A stretch of DNA of 64,000 nucleotides from Candidatus Thorarchaeota archaeon (GTDB taxonomy: Archaea; Asgardarchaeota; Thorarchaeia; Thorarchaeales; Thorarchaeaceae). A model generated the notes under the pieces. The model did not search any database. It saw only the letters and a list, made by a program, of their open reading frames with translations, and was not told the DNA's origin. Position 1 is the stretch's first letter; every line of letters begins with the position of its first letter. The translations under genes were made by a program, and so were the position numbers. The stretch lies in NCBI GenBank assembly GCA_016933575.1, contig JAFGAR010000028.1, positions 64,001 through 128,000 of the forward strand. Reading direction: 5' to 3'. Of the stretch, positions 1 to 6,369 are shown piece after piece.

Positions 1-167
1 GCGAGGATCAAGCTATGATTCTTCCAGCAATTGATGATTTAAGGGAGCGCCTCAATGCTTGGCTATGTCCAATGTGTGGTTCGCCCTTAACAAAAGATAA
101 TGTTGAGGATTTGAAGGCGGGTAGGGTTATTGTTTGTCCGTTCTGTAATGTTTCGATAGGAAGATGA
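1..167 (+). CDS. 3' end of a gene paralogous to 199..1290 (platform-like domain + C-terminal Zn ribbon); truncated by the window edge
   Basis: Frame starting at nt 3 reads EDQAMILPAIDDLRERLNAWLCPMCGSPLTKDNVEDLKAGRVIVCPFCNVSIGR* (TGA 165-167). This closely matches the C-terminus of 199..1290 (EDHAMILPAIDDLRERLSAWLCPMCSSPL...CPFCGITIGR). Not in the ORF track. Confidence 0.9.
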   Translation, partial: EDQAMILPAIDDLRERLNAWLCPMCGSPLTKDNVEDLKAGRVIVCPFCNVSIGR

Positions 168-198
168 CAGTGTACCTCAGAGAAGCCGAAAGAAGTGA

Positions 199-1290
199 AT
201 GATATTGGCTTATGATTCATCAGTAATTGATATTGTCATTGGGGGAGTAGCATGCATTATCTACATTTTCTACTATTTATGTAAAGAGGCAGATAGTGAC
301 ATAAAAAGTCTAGAAGAGGTAGAAAGAGGGAGAAGAGAGAGACTGTCATATCAAGAACGAATTGTAGGAAGAGATGGATTACCAGTAGGTTACGCAAAAG
401 GAATACCTCAAGCATCTTCGAAGAAACCAATTCCTGGACTAGCTCAGGCAATCTCAGAAGTAAGTAGAGAGCCTGCAAAACGAGAGGAGGTAGTAAAAGC
501 ACTCAGAGGTGGAGAGTTCATCGGGAATAGAATGAGATTCAAAGTCAAAGTGTTGAATGATTCGCCATACGTAATATCTGATGTTACTGTCTATCTCATA
601 TCATATCCAAAAGATGCATTGCGATTAGCTAACGGGAAGAAGGATATCCAATTTTCCAAAATAGAACCAAATGGATTCAGAAGTCCATCATTCGATTTCT
701 TGCCTACTCAAGACTGCGTAATGGGAGAAATAATTGCTGGTGTATCATATATCGATATGACAGGGAAGCCTCATACCCTCACTACAAAGCCATTTATCAT
801 ACGATCTGTATGTGACCTACTAATTCCCGAAAAGATTGGATCTAAAGAATTCGAGATAAAACTACAACAGCTTAACTGTGGTGAGGTGATAGTAAAAGTC
901 GACGAGTGGTCACCAGAAGAGATGTTTGAAAAAGCTCTACGAATTGTTAATGATGCTAATTTCTTCGAAGTCAGTAGTCAATTGGAAGTTGTTGATAACT
1001 TTGTACATGCAAAAATAACAGGACTTGCAAAAGGCAAATACACAGGAAAGAATATTGCAGTGGTGCTTCTTATATCAGGTCGATCGGAACAGAAAGGAGC
1101 AAGCTGTACAATAAGGGTGTCAGGAGAAGACCATGCAATGATTCTCCCTGCTATTGACGATCTTAGAGAAAGATTGAGTGCCTGGTTATGTCCAATGTGT
1201 TCGAGTCCTCTCACTCTAGCTAACGTTGAGAACCTCAAAGATGGGAAAGCAGTTCAATGTCCATTCTGTGGGATTACAATTGGGCGTTGA
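199..1290 (+). CDS. Single-pass membrane protein with Ig-like sandwich + alpha/beta platform (adaptin/COP appendage-like) and C-terminal Zn ribbon
   Basis: N-terminal TM (IVIGGVACIIYIFYYL). Beta-rich FKVKVLNDSPYVISDVTV..IEPNGFRSPSFDFLP, then LLIPEKIGSKEF and CTIRVSGEDHAMILPAIDDL. Ends CPMC..CPFC. Fold call is pattern-based. Confidence 0.6.
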   Translation: MILAYDSSVIDIVIGGVACIIYIFYYLCKEADSDIKSLEEVERGRRERLSYQERIVGRDGLPVGYAKGIPQASSKKPIPGLAQAISEVSREPAKREEVVKALRGGEFIGNRMRFKVKVLNDSPYVISDVTVYLISYPKDALRLANGKKDIQFSKIEPNGFRSPSFDFLPTQDCVMGEIIAGVSYIDMTGKPHTLTTKPFIIRSVCDLLIPEKIGSKEFEIKLQQLNCGEVIVKVDEWSPEEMFEKALRIVNDANFFEVSSQLEVVDNFVHAKITGLAKGKYTGKNIAVVLLISGRSEQKGASCTIRVSGEDHAMILPAIDDLRERLSAWLCPMCSSPLTLANVENLKDGKAVQCPFCGITIGR

Positions 1291-1382
1291 AGTGTTCCTG
1301 TACAATCTATTAATATGTATTCACGAGCACACACAAGCAGAATACCCATCTGGAGGGAACTGAATTTAACAAGGGCAATGAT

Positions 1383-4217
1383 ATGTTGAAAACAATATCA
1401 AGAATGAGAGTTTTTCCTGATGAAGTAAGATTCAATTCATCTTGGAGACCGTACCAAGCTCGGGTCTTGAGAGAACTTGAAGATTACCTCGATGATAATC
1501 GGCTTCATGTGGTAGCTGCTCCAGGGTCTGGGAAGACAGTATTGGGGATTGAAGTTGTCAGGCGATTAAACGGACCAACACTTGTTCTTGCACCAACTCT
1601 GGCTATTCGTGACCAGTGGATTCATCGATTTATCGAGCTATTCCTTCCAAAAGGTAGTAAACGTCCTGATTGGATTTCATCGGATCTAACAGAACCAAGT
1701 TTTTTCACCGTATCAACATATCAATCACTCCACGCAATAATGTCTAGAAAGAAAGGTGGAGTGGTGGAAACAGAGGAAGATGAAGAACTTCAGGATGAAG
1801 AACCCGAAGAGAAAGAAGAGCTTGAAATCGAAGATCGCTACGTACTGTCTTGGTTAGACCAATCCAAGAAAAAGAAAGGAAAGAACAAGAATACGTTAGA
1901 TGAGGAATTAGTAGGAAATTCTGCATCATTTATCGAACAATTAAACTCTCTAGGATTCAAAATTCTTGTTCTCGACGAAGCACATCATCTACGCTCGAAT
2001 TGGTGGAAGAGCCTAAATCAGCTGATTGAAAGATTCGAAGATTTGACTATCCTCTCGTTAACAGCAACACCGCCATTTGATGTCGCAGATTTCGAATGGG
2101 AGAGATATATAGAATTGTGTGGACCAGTGGATGCTCAGATTCCAGTTCCGGAGCTTGTAATAGAAGGAAATCTCTGCCCACATCAGGATTTGATGGTCTT
2201 CTCAACACCTTCCGATGCAGAGGAAAAAGAGATCTCACTGTTCAGGAAAGAGGTGTCTGATTTCATAGATTGGTTAAAACGCAATTCGAAATTCATTGAC
2301 CACATACAGTCACAATCGTGGATTATCGCACCAGAGAAGCATATTGAAGAGATCTTGGCAGAACCAGATTATTATTCTAGTATGTTGATTTTTCTAAGAG
2401 AATCGGGTGTGAAAATTCCCAGAGACGCAATTAGAATAGTTTCAGACAAGAGATCGAATCTTCCCAGTCTCTCGTTGGAATGGCTTGAAATATTACTCAC
2501 CAGAGTACTATATCCTCCAGGCGTTGATAGACCCAAGCATCCTGATTTTCTCGTTGAAGTTCAAGATGAATTGAAACGAATAGGAGCAATAGAACTACGA
2601 CGAGTTCAACTTAGAAATATCAAGGCAATTGAGAAAATACTGAAGCGAAGTATTTCGAAACTACAGAACATTGTTGAAATTGCAGAACTAGAAGATGAAT
2701 CGCTTCACGATGACCTTAGAATGGTTGTCCTCACGGATTACATTAGAAGCGAATCTATGCCCCGTGATGGCTCGAACAAGACACCTCTAAATAAGATTGG
2801 CGTAGTGCCGATATTCGAGGCTATCAGAAGGTCTAGTATTAATTCTAAACTTGGAATCCTCTGTGGCACGCTTGTAGTCATTCCTAGTAAATCGAGAGAA
2901 CTTCTTCTTGATTGTACACGGCGTCTAGGGATACAGAACGAGGAGGTTAGACTTGAGGTTTTGCCGCATGATGATTCATTTCTCTCTGTACAAGTTCCTG
3001 ATGATGAAAAACACAAGTTGGTAAGGTCGATTACAGACCTATTCATAGTTGGCGGCATAAACATCCTTGTAGGGACCAAGTCACTCTTAGGTGAGGGTTG
3101 GGACGCCCCATCAATCAATGCGCTCGTGATTGCCAGTTTTGTCGGATCTTATATGCTATCTAACCAAATGAGAGGCAGAGCTATCAGGAGTGAGCGAGGT
3201 AATCCAGGCAAGACTGCTAATATCTGGCATCTTGTATGTGTTGAACCAGATAGTTATGATGGCGGCGAGGACTACCTTACTATGGTAAGGAGATTCAAAG
3301 CCTTTGTAGGAGTCTCATATTTTGAACCAGTCATTGAAAATGGACTTGGAAGGTTAATCTATGAAAAACCACCGCTCAAAAAGGGGACTCTATCCAATCT
3401 GAATGAACGAATGGTTAAGAGTGCTAAGAATCGACTTAAGATGAGCTCTGACTGGGATAAAGCTCTTCGAAGAGGAGAAGATGGAATAAGACTGGTAGAA
3501 GACATTCAGACCAAGAGGGTCTCTCTACCCAGAGGATTCGTATTCTGGAATACAATTGCTTACCTATTCTGGGAAGCAACATTTCTATTCATGTTTATGC
3601 TACTTTATAATTTTGATGCATGGATTAGAATAGCGGCTGCCTCCGAATCAACTATCGCATTTTTGTGGACAGGATTGTTTTCGCTTTGTCTCTGCTTAGT
3701 AGTAACAACACCATTATTTCTCAAAGCGCTTTGGTTGACAATCAGACATGGACCAATTGCATCAAGTATGAAAGCAATTAGCACAGCGCTCCTGAAGACA
3801 CTCTGCAAAATGGGTGAGATCAGGACAGATTTCATTAACATGCGAGTTGTCGCAGATAAGGGAGATATGGGAGAGGTATTCTGTCACCTTGAGGGAGGCA
3901 AGCCTAGAGAGAAGGCAGTCTTTCTCAGGTCGCTTCAGGAAATCCTGGATCCAATAGAAAATCCCAGATACATTCTCGTGCGAAAGTCGAATCTACTAAT
4001 TATCCCGAGAAAAGACTATCACACAGTACCCTCAGTGATAGCAGCAAAGAAAGGGAATGCAGAGTATTTCGCTGAGATGTGGTCAAGATATGTAGGGAAA
4101 ATGAACCTAGTATATACTCGGAATAGAGAGGGAAGAATCGAACTACTCAAGGCGAGAAATAAATCACTCTCTGCGGCGTTTAGACCTAAGTCAGAGAGAA
4201 TTACAAGGTGGAAATGA
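1383..4217 (+). CDS. SF2 DEAH-box (ResIII/SSL2-like) helicase with C-terminal transmembrane hairpin
   Basis: Q-motif WRPYQ, Walker A APGSGKT, LDEAHH, TATPP, LGEGWDAP, QMRGRAIR. Two hydrophobic segments at about aa 720-785. Start may be ATG 1404. Confidence 0.85.
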   Translation: MLKTISRMRVFPDEVRFNSSWRPYQARVLRELEDYLDDNRLHVVAAPGSGKTVLGIEVVRRLNGPTLVLAPTLAIRDQWIHRFIELFLPKGSKRPDWISSDLTEPSFFTVSTYQSLHAIMSRKKGGVVETEEDEELQDEEPEEKEELEIEDRYVLSWLDQSKKKKGKNKNTLDEELVGNSASFIEQLNSLGFKILVLDEAHHLRSNWWKSLNQLIERFEDLTILSLTATPPFDVADFEWERYIELCGPVDAQIPVPELVIEGNLCPHQDLMVFSTPSDAEEKEISLFRKEVSDFIDWLKRNSKFIDHIQSQSWIIAPEKHIEEILAEPDYYSSMLIFLRESGVKIPRDAIRIVSDKRSNLPSLSLEWLEILLTRVLYPPGVDRPKHPDFLVEVQDELKRIGAIELRRVQLRNIKAIEKILKRSISKLQNIVEIAELEDESLHDDLRMVVLTDYIRSESMPRDGSNKTPLNKIGVVPIFEAIRRSSINSKLGILCGTLVVIPSKSRELLLDCTRRLGIQNEEVRLEVLPHDDSFLSVQVPDDEKHKLVRSITDLFIVGGINILVGTKSLLGEGWDAPSINALVIASFVGSYMLSNQMRGRAIRSERGNPGKTANIWHLVCVEPDSYDGGEDYLTMVRRFKAFVGVSYFEPVIENGLGRLIYEKPPLKKGTLSNLNERMVKSAKNRLKMSSDWDKALRRGEDGIRLVEDIQTKRVSLPRGFVFWNTIAYLFWEATFLFMFMLLYNFDAWIRIAAASESTIAFLWTGLFSLCLCLVVTTPLFLKALWLTIRHGPIASSMKAISTALLKTLCKMGEIRTDFINMRVVADKGDMGEVFCHLEGGKPREKAVFLRSLQEILDPIENPRYILVRKSNLLIIPRKDYHTVPSVIAAKKGNAEYFAEMWSRYVGKMNLVYTRNREGRIELLKARNKSLSAAFRPKSERITRWK

Positions 4218-4252
4218 TCCAATAAAATGTAAGACAAGGGTTGTTCCACCTC

Positions 4253-4300
4253 TCATTTTAGAGGATGAAGCTCGTATCATCGAGCTTCATTTCAAAATGA
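4253..4300. terminator. Hairpin between convergent genes
   Basis: Perfect 10-bp stem ATGAAGCTCG(4265-4274)/CGAGCTTCAT(4281-4290), with outer arms TCATTTT/AAAATGA. Confidence 0.6.
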
Positions 4301-4301
4301 C

Positions 4302-4958
4302 TTACCCACGTATCATACCTGGTGATGGAGGGCCAAATCGAATTCTAGCCATCTGTTTTGTCTTATCTTTTTCACTTGCTAGACGTCTCTTCTCTCGTTC
4401 GTATTCTGTTGCACATGTAGACTCAAGCTGGAATTTTGTCTGACCAAAAGTGATTGCATCTTTACTGATGGACTCCATCAGATAGGCTGGGACAATAAGA
4501 TCGCAATCAGGCTGGGCACGTATCTTTTCCAACAATTCCTCGAAGAAACCGCCTCCAATTAAGAACCACATTGTACTCTCAGTATCAAACCAGAGATCAA
4601 TAATATTTCCAACCTTAAACCCATCAGAATCTACGAGGTCTATCTTCCCAAGTTTAGAGAATTTTATGTTTGTTTCGCCTAAGACTCCAGGGTCAATCGT
4701 TTTCAGAAGTGAAGATTTCTTGACTTTAAGATAGACTTTGTCTGAAATGCTATCAATGTCTGAAATAGCACACACTGGATCAATGTCAGCTCGTGCATGA
4801 ATCGACTCCAGTAGTTCTTCAACAATTCCACCGCCTAAGACAAAATAATTCAATTCAATCTTATCGTGTGATATGTCAAAGATGGCATCAATGATTTCAC
4901 CAACTTTTTCCCCATTATTATCAACGACATCTTTGTTTCTAATTTCGCTGTATTTCAT
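4302..4958 (-). CDS. Tandem PRC-barrel domain protein
   Basis: Two repeats: SEIRNKDVVDNNGEKVGEIIDAIFD..GGGIVEELLE and SKLGKIDLVDSDGFKVGNIIDLWFD..GGGFFEELLE. Start placed at ATG 4958 (ORF track: 4985). Confidence 0.85.
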   Translation of the reverse strand: MKYSEIRNKDVVDNNGEKVGEIIDAIFDISHDKIELNYFVLGGGIVEELLESIHARADIDPVCAISDIDSISDKVYLKVKKSSLLKTIDPGVLGETNIKFSKLGKIDLVDSDGFKVGNIIDLWFDTESTMWFLIGGGFFEELLEKIRAQPDCDLIVPAYLMESISKDAITFGQTKFQLESTCATEYEREKRRLASEKDKTKQMARIRFGPPSPGMIRG

Positions 4959-5005
4959 ATTACAACATTGAATCATAATAACCACATTCTTGGTTCACAA
5001 TAGTT

Positions 5006-5020
5006 AATATATAAGCTTTC
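5006..5020 (-). promoter_or_regulatory. BRE/TATA promoter of the PRC-barrel gene
   Basis: Minus strand GAAAGCTTATATATT, a purine-rich BRE followed by TTATATA, just upstream of the ORF. Confidence 0.55.
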
Positions 5021-5067
5021 TTGTGAATGATTTGCAATACATCATAGTAGCCGTACATAAATCTAAC

Positions 5068-5109
5068 TAGAAGAAGAAAGAGGAGATTGAGCCCCCAAGG
5101 GGCTCTATC
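5068..5109 (-). terminator. GC hairpin + pyrimidine tail downstream of the gelsolin-like gene
   Basis: GAGCCCC(5089-5095)-CAA-GGGGCTC(5099-5105), followed on the minus strand by TCCTCTTTCTTCTTCT. Confidence 0.65.
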
Positions 5110-5123
5110 GACGTTGGTACTAA

Positions 5124-5426
5124 TTAATAGACTTCACGAGGACTTTCTCTGAGACGATCAGGTAGTTGACCACCTTCGCCCAAGACCTCAAGCTCATGAT
5201 CGCGACCATATCGGCCACCATCGTTGCACAAGAATCCGGACTTGGTGATTCCACGTGCCTGACGCTCAGCAGCACGTCTAGCTATCATACCCATTCCAGA
5301 TGGGACTGTCATCACGAGCTTCTTCTGACTCTCATCAATTGCTAGAAGAATAGCATCATCTGCAGCATTTCGTGTAGTCTCAAAGAATTGAGATGTTGTT
5401 TGATTAAACTCGAGGTAGATTGGCAT
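5124..5426 (-). CDS. Single-domain gelsolin/cofilin-like protein (Asgard type), putative actin regulator
   Basis: DDAILLAIDESQKKLVMTVPSGMGMIARRAAERQARGI fits the gelsolin strand-strand-long helix pattern. 100 aa, with GGAGG RBS, its own TATA and a terminator. Confidence 0.6.
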   Translation of the reverse strand: MPIYLEFNQTTSQFFETTRNAADDAILLAIDESQKKLVMTVPSGMGMIARRAAERQARGITKSGFLCNDGGRYGRDHELEVLGEGGQLPDRLRESPREVY

Positions 5427-5480
5427 TTGGAACCTAGTCCTCCAATGTCTAGTTTAGCATAGTTCTTTGTTTGGTGCATA

Positions 5481-5494
5481 TTAATAAATCTCGG
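5481..5494 (-). promoter_or_regulatory. BRE/TATA promoter of the gelsolin-like gene
   Basis: Minus strand CCGAGATTTATTAA about 55 nt upstream of ATG 5426; GGAGG in the leader. Confidence 0.5.
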
Positions 5495-5509
5495 GCGAGT
5501 TCCTAGCCT

Positions 5510-6220
5510 CTAACTCTTAAGAAGATGGGCTGTTCCGCAATGTGCACAGACAACAGCATCATCAAATTCACCCGGTAGTGGAAGTGGAGCACCACAATTC
5601 TGACATTTCAGTTCTTTTAATTGTGAACGTTCTTGGGGAGTAAGTCTGATTTTAAAAACGCGTTCAGCAACATCTTGGATCGTCTTGCCAACCTTTTGAG
5701 CAGCTCTCGCAATCGCACTGCGCTCAGGATTTGTAAGTGAACCGAGTCCTACAGCTTGGAAGAAACTATCAATCGCTTTACCAATCTTTCCAAACATCGA
5801 TCCCGCTTTCCATGCTATCACATCAGAACAATAGAGTTGCAGTATCTCTGAATCGGGATGACCAGGTATTTCATATCCTCGTTCCCAATCAATTCTATTT
5901 GATGTTGGAGGAGCCAGTTCCGCTCCACAATCTGGACATATTAATTTCCAATCAGGTTTCTTGAAGAAGCCCTTTCTAATTTTTCGTTCACCGACATCAT
6001 ACCAGCATCTCTTATGTGCAATCTTTTCACAAGAGGGACAGGAGAAGAGATAGTACATATCAGGCCTTACTTTAGCCTTCCCACCAGTGTGAACTCTGAG
6101 ATATGCCAAGTCCTTAGTTGTCCAATTGAGTAAGAAACTACCACATATGAAGCAGGTTCTTCCATCAAGTTTGTTCATTTTATCTGGCGTGATTCTCAAG
6201 GTTGTATGCACCATGTGCAT
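5510..6220 (-). CDS. Zn-finger protein: N-terminal C4HC3 (PHD/RING-variant-like) finger and C-terminal Zn ribbon
   Basis: CFIC..CPSC-x4-H-x2-C..CPDC; C-terminal CQNCGAPL..CAHCG. Confidence 0.75.
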   Translation of the reverse strand: MHMVHTTLRITPDKMNKLDGRTCFICGSFLLNWTTKDLAYLRVHTGGKAKVRPDMYYLFSCPSCEKIAHKRCWYDVGERKIRKGFFKKPDWKLICPDCGAELAPPTSNRIDWERGYEIPGHPDSEILQLYCSDVIAWKAGSMFGKIGKAIDSFFQAVGLGSLTNPERSAIARAAQKVGKTIQDVAERVFKIRLTPQERSQLKELKCQNCGAPLPLPGEFDDAVVCAHCGTAHLLKS

Positions 6221-6369
6221 TGAAGAGCAAGGGCATAAGAATCTTACATCTTGGGAAAATTCGGGTATATGGAAATGACGAAGTTGGATTTCACATCAGC
6301 CGAAACCCTATTAGCAAGGTTTGGTGCGGCGAATGAATCAGCTTCCATATAATTAAGGAGGTATCAGCA

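Noticed and set aside
164-202. 12-codon ORF overlapping the upstream stop (ATGA) and the 199 start
   Set aside because: Too short; no evidence for a peptide or frameshift.
8-220. Similar minus-strand ORFs 8..220 and 978..1238 (both contain SSIAGRIIA)
   Set aside because: Antisense shadows of the duplicated plus-strand C-termini.
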